37,573 nt of DNA from a virus (Duplodnaviria > Caudoviricetes), in IMG/VR virus record IMGVR_UViG_3300031965_000087, positions 1-37,573 of that record; one strand, 5' to 3'. Positions 1 to 7,418 of the stretch are shown one piece after another. The stretch's first letter is position 1. Each line of letters opens with the position of its first letter. Both the position numbers and the translations under genes were made by a program. Under the pieces are notes generated by a model that searched no databases, was not told the DNA's origin, and was given only the letters and a program-made list of their open reading frames with translations.

Positions 1-70
1 ACTCCACGCGGCCGCCTTCGATCGGCTCCCACAACTCGCGGCGGAAGTCCACACACGCGACCTCGATCAT
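1..70 (-). CDS. Hypothetical protein, runs off the window (MIEVACVDFRRELWEPIEGGRVE...)
   Basis: Manual translation; open to the window edge; abuts the IS remnant junction. Confidence 0.35.
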   Translation of the reverse strand, partial: MIEVACVDFRRELWEPIEGGRVE

Positions 71-83
71 CGGGGAATGTCCA

Positions 84-230
84 GTCAGCAAGGAGCATCT
101 GGACCGGTACCTGGCCGAGTTCGACTTTCGGTACAACACCAAGACGATGAGCGACACACAGCGAATGGCGCGGTTGCTCGGCCAGGTGCAGGGTCGCCGG
201 CTGAGCTACAAGCCACTCACTGGGCGCTAG
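84..230 (+). pseudogene. C-terminal fragment of an IS1595-family transposase
   Basis: Manual translation VSKEHLDRYLAEFDFRYNTKTMSDTQRMARLLGQVQGRRLSYKPLTGR*; HLxRYLxEFxFRYN and GRRLxY are IS1595 C-terminal motifs; the ending parallels 6475..7281. Confidence 0.88.
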
Positions 231-516
231 AGCCGCCGACGTCGTGGAGCGACTCGATGCGGTGGAGGATCACGACCGGGATCGTGACCGGTCCCTTCGA
301 CATGCCGAACGAGAAGGTGACGACAACATCAGTCTTGCCGACCCACACGACGAACGCCTCGGCGGGGTCGCCTTCGCCCTCGACTCGCGCGAACTCTCCG
401 GGCTTGCGGAGTAGCTCTGCGAACCACTTCCGAACCTCGAGTTGGACCTCTGGCGGTTCCGAAGTCTCGGCGAGCCACGCGTCAAGACGCTGCCGACCGA
501 GCAGTGAGTAACCCAT
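217..516 (-). CDS. Small cargo protein, possible RelE/ParE-like toxin
   Basis: 99 aa, helix-helix-beta strand pattern, downstream of an acidic partner; fold is inferred. Confidence 0.5.
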   Translation of the reverse strand: MGYSLLGRQRLDAWLAETSEPPEVQLEVRKWFAELLRKPGEFARVEGEGDPAEAFVVWVGKTDVVVTFSFGMSKGPVTIPVVILHRIESLHDVGGSSAQ

Positions 517-548
517 GCTGAACGCCCCTATATCGAGGTTGCTGTGAC

Positions 549-878
549 CTAATCGTCTTGCAGGTACAGCTCCTCGTATTGCTCGGGCGTGATCAGCTCC
601 TCTTGCAGGTCTTCGCCAGAATCCAAGCGCGCAGCATCCCGAGCGATCTCGGCCATGAAGGCGTGGTCCTCTGAGCGGTTGTGCACATACTCCTGAAGGC
701 GTATGCGGCGCGTCAGTGTGTCGACGCGAGCGTTTAGGTCTGCGATGGCTCCTCGCATCTCTGTCTGCATCTGCTCGACCGCAGCGACAAGGTCGCTAGC
801 GGGAACAGCTGCCACTTCACCCCGCGACGATGAGGGCAGGTCTTCGTCTTCCGGTACGAGGCGCAGCGGCGCGACCAC
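549..878 (-). CDS. Acidic coiled-coil cargo protein, possible antitoxin
   Basis: GGAGGA RBS before GTG; acidic C-terminus (ELITPEQYEELYLQDD). Confidence 0.6.
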   Translation of the reverse strand: MVAPLRLVPEDEDLPSSSRGEVAAVPASDLVAAVEQMQTEMRGAIADLNARVDTLTRRIRLQEYVHNRSEDHAFMAEIARDAARLDSGEDLQEELITPEQYEELYLQDD

Positions 879-893
879 GATGTTCCTCCAGGA

Positions 894-938
894 AGGAACC
901 TCACTAGGTCTGCGACCTAGAGGCAGGGTCAGGTTCCT
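894..938. promoter_or_regulatory. Nested inverted repeat upstream of the 878/516 gene pair
   Basis: AGGAACCT(894-901)/AGGTTCCT(931-938) enclose CTAGGTC(904-910)-TGC-GACCTAG(914-920); a - strand TACGCT -10-like hexamer lies just upstream. Confidence 0.55.
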
Positions 939-1070
939 GGGGACAGCGTAACGCTGGATTTCCAGTTGGCAACCCCGCGGTCAGGGACCGCTTAGTCGTC
1001 TAATTCCGGATCCGTGAGCGCCCCGTGGACGATCTTGGCTATGTCCTCGTCGGAGAGCCGTTCCTGGGCG

Positions 1071-1352
1071 TCAGTCGTCGGGGCTACACAGCCACTGAAT
1101 GGCGTCAGCCATCGAGTCGAACTCAACGAAATCGCCGTCCGCCAGTTCTTCCAACGCGGCGCGCTCCTCATCCTGCCACGCACGGCTCCAGTAGTAGAGC
1201 TGGCGGCGCGACACTGACAGGGGCAGGCCAGCGAGCTTCAGGTTCCGCTGATCGCTCACTTCGCTGGTGGGCTCGTCAACGGCGACAGAGGCGGAGCCGG
1301 AGATTGGCGTCGGTTCCTCGTAGTTCACGAGAGCGAGTTCTGCGACGGTCAT
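1071..1352 (-). CDS. Antitoxin-like protein
   Basis: QLYYWSRAWQDEERAALEELADGDFVEFDSMADAIQWL resembles the QxWFWxxxWQxxExxA C-terminal motif of AbrB/MazE-type antitoxins. Confidence 0.6.
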   Translation of the reverse strand: MTVAELALVNYEEPTPISGSASVAVDEPTSEVSDQRNLKLAGLPLSVSRRQLYYWSRAWQDEERAALEELADGDFVEFDSMADAIQWLCSPDD

Positions 1353-1663
1353 GGCTGGCCTCCTCCGTCATCGAAGTTCTTCAGGATGTTGTTCAAGAGC
1401 GTTGCAGTTTCAGCGAGCCGATCACGAGTCAGCGCCACCCGGACGACGGGCCGGATCGGCACGTAGCCGATGGACTCCGCTTGCTCGCGCCGCTCATCCG
1501 GCGTGGCCCCCGCAATGAGCGGCGGCGCGGTCGACCCGAAGGTCAGCACGATGCGGTCCTGATCGATCTGCGCCACCGCCTGATTGGTTGAGTAGATCGG
1601 CGTCTCATCCAGGTCGATCCATAGGAGCCGAACCTGGACGAACCCGTCGTCCTCGGTCGCCAT
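1349..1663 (-). CDS. DUF3467-like protein
   Basis: PIYSTNQ...IVLTFG...PP...RVALT pattern; leaderless TACGCT-7nt-ATG; ATGA overlap with the next gene. Confidence 0.6.
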   Translation of the reverse strand: MATEDDGFVQVRLLWIDLDETPIYSTNQAVAQIDQDRIVLTFGSTAPPLIAGATPDERREQAESIGYVPIRPVVRVALTRDRLAETATLLNNILKNFDDGGGQP

Positions 1664-1961
1664 GCCCTCAAGCGTAGGTGCCCCTACCCGAAGGGGCCAC
1701 GGCAGGCCGCCGCCTTGCCATACCTACCGTCAAGGGATAGTTACCGGAAACTCGGTACTTGTACAAGGGTCCGCCCTTCGCCGATCGGATGAAGGGGCCA
1801 TCATGGTCCCTGATCCGGAATGGCGCAGGCCTGACCCCGATCCCGCGGTCGGAATATCCCTTTTGCTCACCTGGGTGTGTCAACCCGCACAGCCCCGATC
1901 ATCGTCTCGTCTGCTCGAACGCCAGCATCGTAGCACCTCGCCCGAACCTCCACCTCGCTCA

Positions 1962-2456
1962 TCACTTCTCGCCTTCCTGTACCGGGAGGGACGCGAGAAA
2001 TCGTTCGGCGTCGGCAAGCGTCAGCGTTCGATACCCGTCATCCGAGATGAGCAACGCAATCTGTGTGCGGCCACGATGCTTGTACCAACCGAGCACCACG
2101 AACTCGCCCTCGTGCGCGATGAGTGCGGCGCGCTCGTCGTTAGACCACAGCGCGCCACGTTGCTCACCCCACTCAGCCGGCTCGGGCCAGTCGTCGCCTT
2201 CCGCGATGGTGCGGAGCGCATTGAGAGTGGCGCAGTTCCAGTTGTCGTCGTCGAACTCGCCCGAAGTGAAGGCGCAGTTGGGGTCAGAGCCTTCCCAAGT
2301 CCTGCCCCCGCGTTCGACGCACAGCCTGCACTCGCTGGTGCTCGCGACGGGCGCGCCAGCGCTGACCAGACCGCTCCCCTCGCACCGCTCGCAATCGTCT
2401 GAGCATCCGAACCCACACCCACCGCACTCAGGGCATGATTTGTAAACGGCCATCAC
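1962..2456 (-). CDS. Cys-rich hypothetical phage protein
   Basis: CxxCxGxG repeats; coupled start and stop; ends LPVQEGEK. Confidence 0.75.
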   Translation of the reverse strand: MMAVYKSCPECGGCGFGCSDDCERCEGSGLVSAGAPVASTSECRLCVERGGRTWEGSDPNCAFTSGEFDDDNWNCATLNALRTIAEGDDWPEPAEWGEQRGALWSNDERAALIAHEGEFVVLGWYKHRGRTQIALLISDDGYRTLTLADAERFLASLPVQEGEK

Positions 2457-2854
2457 CTCTCCTCTGTTGGTTCCTGTACGGGGAGATCCATCTCAACGTC
2501 TTGGATGATCTCGTGCTCAAACCGCTGCTGCGGGATCAACGCGAACGAGTGCGGCATGTCCCACACGCGTGAGCACGCACTGCACCGAAGTTGGTAGGCA
2601 AACTCCCCGTCGAAGTGTCCGCCAGCGCCGCACTCGCAGGTGAAGTCGAGGCAAACGTCGGTGCCCTTCCACTGGACGAACACGCTCGTCCCCCTGATCG
2701 TCGAGTAGTCGGGATCAAACCGCATCTGGCGCGGCTTGCCTTGTTCGGCCAACTCTGCGCGGAGTGCGACGTTCTCTTGGTGCTGACGTTCGCGGCAGAG
2801 TTTGGCGGTCCACGGCCACTGGTCGTCATCTGCGTAACGCGGTTCCTCGCTCAT
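2453..2854 (-). CDS. Hypothetical Zn-ribbon phage protein
   Basis: QWKGTDVCLDFTCECG...CSAC; ends LPVQEPTEER. Confidence 0.78.
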   Translation of the reverse strand: MSEEPRYADDDQWPWTAKLCRERQHQENVALRAELAEQGKPRQMRFDPDYSTIRGTSVFVQWKGTDVCLDFTCECGAGGHFDGEFAYQLRCSACSRVWDMPHSFALIPQQRFEHEIIQDVEMDLPVQEPTEER

Positions 2855-3184
2855 CTATTCATCCTCCTGTACCGGGAGACGCGACGGGCGGCACACCATG
2901 TCGATCATGTGCGCCCCCACCAACACCCCACACGAACACTCAACCCACCGCAACCGCGACGCCTCATGCTGCTTCCGTTGGCTCACGGTGAGCCCCACCT
3001 TCTGGCCTTCCAACACCAGCTCCACCAACCTCGGGGCCACCGGATGCCTGTTCGAGACCGTGAACCGGCCCCGCCGCTTGTCCAACATCAACGCCACCTC
3101 GATCAACGCACGCTGCTCCACCGCGTCGCGATCCTCCACGGTGCACGCCAGCTCCACCACAGACGCGAGAGAATCGTCAGTCAT
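2855..3184 (-). CDS. Hypothetical protein
   Basis: ATG 3184 overlaps the methylase stop (ATGA); ends LPVQEDE. Confidence 0.7.
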   Translation of the reverse strand: MTDDSLASVVELACTVEDRDAVEQRALIEVALMLDKRRGRFTVSNRHPVAPRLVELVLEGQKVGLTVSQRKQHEASRLRWVECSCGVLVGAHMIDMVCRPSRLPVQEDE

Positions 3185-3831
3185 CGCGCTACCCGCAGGT
3201 GCAACATCAACTGTGCGCCCAGCCATTCAGTGAAGGCGGGCGGCACGGCTTCCGAAAGTTCGGGGCGGGTCATCCAGTCGATACCCATGACCTCGCGAGC
3301 GTGCGCCAGGTTCCGAGGCTTCCGGTGGTCCCCGCCGCCACCCTTGACGCGAGCCAGCAGCGTCGGCCCGCCCGTCCCCGTCACGTCGATCGGCTTGGGT
3401 TGTAGATCATGGCGGCACGTCGGCGGCATCAACAGCTCGGAGCACTCGAAGTAGCGGTGCCGGCGTACCCCGAGGCCGAACATCGAACCGCACAAGAGGA
3501 CCGGGGCGTCGAGGGCACGCTTCGCGCCCGCCACGTTCTCGATCACATACGGCTTCCCCGCCACTTTGAGGAGTGCGCGGATCGGCTCGATGAGCTCGGG
3601 ATACTCGGCATCATGGAGCGACTTCGTGACCGACCACGCCTGACACGGTGGACTCGCGTGGATCACGTCGAACCCGTCGAGCGGGAACATGAGCGCATCG
3701 GCCTGGTGGAACTCGAACGGATACCGGGGCTGCGGAGCGATGTCCACGCCGACCACATCGAACCCCGCCCGGTGGTAACCCATCGCAGCCCCGCCGGCAC
3801 CACAGAACAAATCGAGGAGGCGTGGCCTCAC
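3181..3831 (-). CDS. C5-cytosine DNA methyltransferase, short phage type
   Basis: Motif I LDLFCGAGG, motif IV ASPPCQ, motif VI IENV; GTG start with GGAGG RBS. Confidence 0.9.
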   Translation of the reverse strand: MRPRLLDLFCGAGGAAMGYHRAGFDVVGVDIAPQPRYPFEFHQADALMFPLDGFDVIHASPPCQAWSVTKSLHDAEYPELIEPIRALLKVAGKPYVIENVAGAKRALDAPVLLCGSMFGLGVRRHRYFECSELLMPPTCRHDLQPKPIDVTGTGGPTLLARVKGGGGDHRKPRNLAHAREVMGIDWMTRPELSEAVPPAFTEWLGAQLMLHLRVAR

Positions 3832-4172
3832 GCGTCCTCCTTTGGGATCAAGATTCTCCAATTCATAACCGCGCCGCCCTCAAGCCAATGCCCAAGCGCG
3901 CGAGTGTGCGCCGGGCAATACGCCCACCAGTTCTCGCGTCGCGGCTTTCCCAAGAACCGAAGACCGCGATCGAACTCCGCTACAGCCGGAGCACGGCATA
4001 CCCGACGCGGGTTACTCAAGACGTACCGACACGGGGGCGGTGCCCACCGGATGACTCTCCACCGCGGATCGACTACGGCCACGGATTTCAACCCAGGCAT
4101 GAGCATTGGCGCGTCAGGCCGCTCCACGCTAAAACCCCCCAATCGAGTGCCGACACCGCTCTGTCGCTTCAC
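3828..4172 (-). CDS. Hypothetical protein (Cys/His motif); start uncertain
   Basis: CRY...VC...WWAYCPAH; stop overlaps the methylase start. Confidence 0.6.
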   Translation of the reverse strand: MKRQSGVGTRLGGFSVERPDAPMLMPGLKSVAVVDPRWRVIRWAPPPCRYVLSNPRRVCRAPAVAEFDRGLRFLGKPRRENWWAYCPAHTRALGHWLEGGAVMNWRILIPKEDA

Positions 4173-4410
4173 ATATCGGGCAGGCGGCGGCGTCCTTTGG
4201 GATCAGGAGACCCCCAACCAAAACCGCGGAGAGGAGCGCCGTGGACAGTTCGCGGTACAGGCGCGCCGACCCGAACGCCTCCAGGCGAGCAGTCCCCCAC
4301 TCGGGCGCACTGTTCGGGCGGTCGTCCTCCCACAGCGCCCGCGCTCCTGCTTCTACTGCCGCTACCCCCGAAGGGGAAGTGAGCCACGCGGCAGCTTCTT
4401 CCGCGCTCAT
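4129..4410 (-). CDS. Hypothetical protein
   Basis: Coupled to the HNH gene; AAVEAGARALW helical module plus CPIC. Confidence 0.65.
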   Translation of the reverse strand: MSAEEAAAWLTSPSGVAAVEAGARALWEDDRPNSAPEWGTARLEAFGSARLYRELSTALLSAVLVGGLLIPKDAAACPICEATERCRHSIGGF

Positions 4411-4760
4411 TGCGGCGTGTCCTCCCCTGGGGGAACGGGGGCGGCGACCCCGACCATCGTGTCCTCAGACGTGCGCCGCCGACCGAGCTTCGGGTTGGCG
4501 CGGCGTTCGTTGCAGTCGCGATGAGCGAGTACGAGGTTGCTGATCGCGTTGGACCCTCCGAGTCGGCGCGGCACCACATGGTCGAGTGACCGTTGCAGCG
4601 GGTGTCCGTCGCTCGCTTCCACGAAGGCCCCGCCGCACCAATGGCACTCGTCGCCATCTCGTCGGATGAGTGCTGCCGTCTTGTTGCGCCGGTCCCGCTG
4701 GTTGATGTCGCTCGTGCGCGCCGAGCCGTCCGCGCGTCGCGTTCTCAGGTCGTCGCTCAT
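4407..4760 (-). CDS. HNH endonuclease
   Basis: RDGDECHWCG...SLDHVVPRRLGGSNAISNLVLAHRDCN. Confidence 0.9.
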   Translation of the reverse strand: MSDDLRTRRADGSARTSDINQRDRRNKTAALIRRDGDECHWCGGAFVEASDGHPLQRSLDHVVPRRLGGSNAISNLVLAHRDCNERRANPKLGRRRTSEDTMVGVAAPVPPGEDTPQ

Positions 4761-4963
4761 CTTCCGCTCTCTTCCTGCGGCTCCCATCTTTCGCTCTCTT
4801 CCTGTACGGGGACAGACGCGGCGAGGGTTCCCTGGTAGAGCCGCTGCTTGTGGGGGACGCAGTAGACGCACGGGCCGATCTGCTCCTTCTCGCAGGTGGC
4901 GTGACCCGTGAGCGCCTTGACCAGCCCCTCGACCATCCAGTCCTCAATCTTGTTCTCGCCCAT
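4757..4963 (-). CDS. Hypothetical protein
   Basis: ATG 4963 with GGAGG RBS; ends VPVQEESERWEPQEESGR with a near-duplicated 20-nt tail. Confidence 0.7.
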   Translation of the reverse strand: MGENKIEDWMVEGLVKALTGHATCEKEQIGPCVYCVPHKQRLYQGTLAASVPVQEESERWEPQEESGR

Positions 4964-5544
4964 CACGCCTCCTCGGTCGGTTCGGGTACGGCACACACAG
5001 GGCAGGGAACCTTGGCGTGCATCCCGTCGCTGGCGAAGCCCGCCACCCACCGGCGATCACGGCACTCCGCGCACGGTTCGGGTACAGCCAGAAGGGCGCG
5101 GGCGCGCGTATCAGCCAGGGCCTGCCACACCGACTCAGAGTGGGCAGTCGGTCGGTCCGAGCGCACCCGAGCCAGCACCGACTCACACTCCCGCAACGCT
5201 TCGCGGAGTCGGTCGTTCTCGTCTGCTGCGGAACGAAGGACGGGCGGCTCGTGAAGTTCGGCTTGCGGCCCATCGCCGTCCGACCAGTCCCACCGCACCG
5301 CGCAATCGAACGAGACCATCCCTGCCGCGAACTCTTCGGGGGTCAAGTTCTCGCACCACCCGATGTAGACGCACTCCTGCTCCGGACCGGGTAGTGGTTC
5401 CAGGCACTCGTCAGTCGGCCAACACGGACGCTCCGTGTCCGTCTCGTCGAACGGGCACAGCACCTTCATGGACAAGATGCCGTCCTCGACCGTCAGTCGG
5501 ACCGTGTGACGTTCGTCTGCGAGTTCGCGTAGTACGTCACTCAC
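4963..5544 (-). CDS. Hypothetical modular phage protein
   Basis: GTG 5544 coupled to the upstream stop; ENDRLREAL coiled coil and CAEC...CPVC. Confidence 0.72.
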   Translation of the reverse strand: MSDVLRELADERHTVRLTVEDGILSMKVLCPFDETDTERPCWPTDECLEPLPGPEQECVYIGWCENLTPEEFAAGMVSFDCAVRWDWSDGDGPQAELHEPPVLRSAADENDRLREALRECESVLARVRSDRPTAHSESVWQALADTRARALLAVPEPCAECRDRRWVAGFASDGMHAKVPCPVCAVPEPTEEA

Positions 5545-5714
5545 CGCGCTCGTCCTCCCGTGGGACCACGGACCTCGGCCCACCAGCGAATCGGGACCGA
5601 CCCGCCACCGTTCCAGTCACGCCAGACGCGACCACACTCGCCGCACGTCCAATCGGGCTGCTGCGGATTGGTGCCACTCAGAAGGAGCGGTGTCGCGCAA
5701 ACGTGTTCGTTCAT
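5541..5714 (-). CDS. Small Zn-binding protein, 57 aa (not in the ORF track)
   Basis: MNEHVC...WTCGECGRVW; fills the gap exactly with abutting or overlapping start and stop. Confidence 0.65.
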   Translation of the reverse strand: MNEHVCATPLLLSGTNPQQPDWTCGECGRVWRDWNGGGSVPIRWWAEVRGPTGGRAR

Positions 5715-5900
5715 CTACTCGTCCTCCTGTGTGTTGCGGGCGTCCAGAGCAGCACGCGCCGCGCGGGCGACAGGACTGGCCCAGCCGTGGCGCTCGACGT
5801 ACTCGTGCACCCATCGTTCGGCCGCGAACACGTCGCCATCGACCACGGCGATCACGCCGAATTGGCTGCTCACCACGGTTACTTGCTTCTCGTCACTCAC
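5715..5900 (-). CDS. Hypothetical protein
   Basis: GTG 5900 overlaps the TGA of the pentapeptide frame; ends NTQEDE. Confidence 0.65.
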   Translation of the reverse strand: MSDEKQVTVVSSQFGVIAVVDGDVFAAERWVHEYVERHGWASPVARAARAALDARNTQEDE

Positions 5901-6224
5901 CGGACCACCGCCCCAGCCGCTTTCGGGTCGAACTTGTCCGGCCACAAGGTGAGCTGCGAGTAGTTGGCCCCGCACAGGTCGGCCCCGCACAGGTTGGCCC
6001 CGCACAGGTCGGCCCCGCACAGGTTGGCCCCGCACAGGTCGGCCCCGCGCAGCCCAACCTCCCGGCCACGGATACCGGAACCCATCACGGCTCCGCAGGT
6101 CAGCGTGGACCGCACGGAACCCGAACCGATAGCCGCCCTTCGCGACCCGCTCCTTCCCCATCAACACGTTCGCGACTTGCTCGTCGGTGAGGAAGTCGCA
6201 GATCGTCGCAGCCTTCTTGGTCAT
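5897..6224 (-). pseudogene. Pentapeptide-repeat protein with a frame break near 6053
   Basis: The RBS-coupled start at 6224 (MTKKAAT...RYPWPGGW) is out of frame with the (GADLC/GANLC)n repeats ending at 5897. Confidence 0.65.
5963..6052. repeat. Tandem repeat, 6 x 15 nt, encoding pentapeptide repeats
   Basis: GT(T/C)GGCCCCGCACAG units, alternating T/C. Confidence 0.95.
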
Positions 6225-6367
6225 TGGTTCCCCGTCTCCTTCGCGAGCTGGACCCGCGCCTCATCACGCCAGATGTCCTTGATCGACTCGGGAACGTGCG
6301 CCCACGACCGCGACTGGATCGACTCGTACAGCCGCCGCGCCTCGGCTTCTACCTGCTCGTCAGTCAC
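6221..6367 (-). CDS. Small helical protein
   Basis: GTG 6367 overlaps the stop of the split lipoprotein gene; VEAEARRLY...W...WRDEAR. Confidence 0.7.
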   Translation of the reverse strand: MTDEQVEAEARRLYESIQSRSWAHVPESIKDIWRDEARVQLAKETGNQ

Positions 6368-6474
6368 GGACAGCCTCCCGGCACCGTCTGAGTCCAGTTC
6401 ACCCGGAACGACCCGCCGTAGTAGTGAGGATGTTGGACTTGACAAACCCAGTGGGTGTGTCTAGTTTGTAGGGC

Positions 6475-7281
6475 ATGGAGACGATCCCGCTCGACATCCC
6501 GGCCCTCGCCCAGCGCATCCCCGACGAGGCCGCCGCCTACGAGCTGCTGGAAACGCTGCGCTGGGACGGCAAGCCGGTGTGCCCGCACTGCGGATCGGTG
6601 GCGAAGCACTACTTCCTGACGCCGAAGAACCCGGAGGGCCGCAAGACGCGCACGGGCACGGTGTCGGCGCGGCGGGTGTGGAAGTGCAAGGACTGTCGGC
6701 GGCAGTTCTCGGTGCTCACCGGGACGATCTTCCACGGGTCGAAGGTTCCGCTGCGTACCTGGCTGTTCGTCGTGGTCGAGATGTGCGCATCGAAGAACGG
6801 AATCGCGGCGCGTGAGATCGAGCGGAAGTACGACGTGGCGACCAAGACGGCGTGGTTCATGGCGCACCGCATCCGCGAAGCGATGAACGACCCGCACCTG
6901 AACCCGTTCGTCGGAACGATCGAAGCCGACGAGACGTGGATCGGTGGCAAGTCCCGCGTCGAGAAGCCCGACGGGATGCCGCAGTGGGAGTTCCGCAAGT
7001 ACGCCGCGGACCGGCGGCTCGACAACAAGACGCCCGTGCTCTCCATCCTGAACCGCGACACGGGTGAAGTCCGCTCCCGTGCGGTGCCCGACGTGACCGG
7101 CGCGACGCTCTCGGCAGAACTTCGGAAGCACACCCAGCCTGCGGCGTCGGTGCTGCACACCGACGAGCGCAAGGGCTACAAGGCGGTCGCTCGTCGCGTG
7201 AGCGACGCGCAGCGGGTGCGGCGGCTGCTCGGCCAGACCGCTGGCCGCCGCCTCACCTACCGGGGCCTCATCGGAGGTTGA
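6475..7281 (+). CDS. IS1595-family transposase with an in-frame internal deletion, probably inactive
   Basis: Zn ribbon CPHC...CKDC, GTIF, EADETW, HTDE; then jumps from GYKAVARR to VSDAQR...GRRLTY, lacking the NxxE and YLxEFxFRYN block. Confidence 0.92.
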   Translation: METIPLDIPALAQRIPDEAAAYELLETLRWDGKPVCPHCGSVAKHYFLTPKNPEGRKTRTGTVSARRVWKCKDCRRQFSVLTGTIFHGSKVPLRTWLFVVVEMCASKNGIAAREIERKYDVATKTAWFMAHRIREAMNDPHLNPFVGTIEADETWIGGKSRVEKPDGMPQWEFRKYAADRRLDNKTPVLSILNRDTGEVRSRAVPDVTGATLSAELRKHTQPAASVLHTDERKGYKAVARRVSDAQRVRRLLGQTAGRRLTYRGLIGG

Positions 7282-7303
7282 CCACGGGGCGTATCCTGGG
7301 TGC

Positions 7304-7417
7304 ATGGCGCCCGACATGGACGACCCGGTCAACATCGAGACCGACCCGGAGACCGCGCTCAAGGTCATGCTCGGCGTGTTCTCCGACGAGGACGACGAGC
7401 CAACCGACGACGAGTAG
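7304..7417 (+). CDS. Small acidic IS-associated peptide, 37 aa
   Basis: MAPDMDDPVNIETDPETALKVMLGVFSDEDDEPTDDE; leaderless TATCCT-6nt-ATG. Confidence 0.55.
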   Translation: MAPDMDDPVNIETDPETALKVMLGVFSDEDDEPTDDE

Positions 7418-7418
7418 G

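Larger units (their letters stand above)
84..1745 (+). mobile_element. IS1595-derived cargo element remnant, left end deleted
   Basis: Transposase tail, opposing cargo genes and a candidate right TIR ending at 1745 (reverse complement GGTAACTATCCCTTGACGGTAGG, sharing CTTGAC with the TIR of the second element). Confidence 0.65.
1975..4813. repeat. Dispersed 14-bp motif TCCTGTAC(C/G)GGGA(G/C), four copies at gene 3' ends
   Basis: Copies at 1975-1988, 2472-2485, 2865-2878 and 4800-4813, each encoding (L/V)PVQE on the - strand. Confidence 0.85.

Noticed and set aside
3181-4760. Methylase plus HNH as a restriction-modification system
   Set aside because: Not adjacent; both are common standalone phage early genes; no evidence of pairing
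5963-6052. Possible CRISPR array
   Set aside because: Contiguous 15-nt units without spacers; they encode pentapeptide repeats; no cas genes
84-7281. The two transposase pieces being one split or rearranged gene
   Set aside because: Both contain their own diverged SDxQR...GRRLxY ending and the TIR sequences differ, so they come from distinct elements
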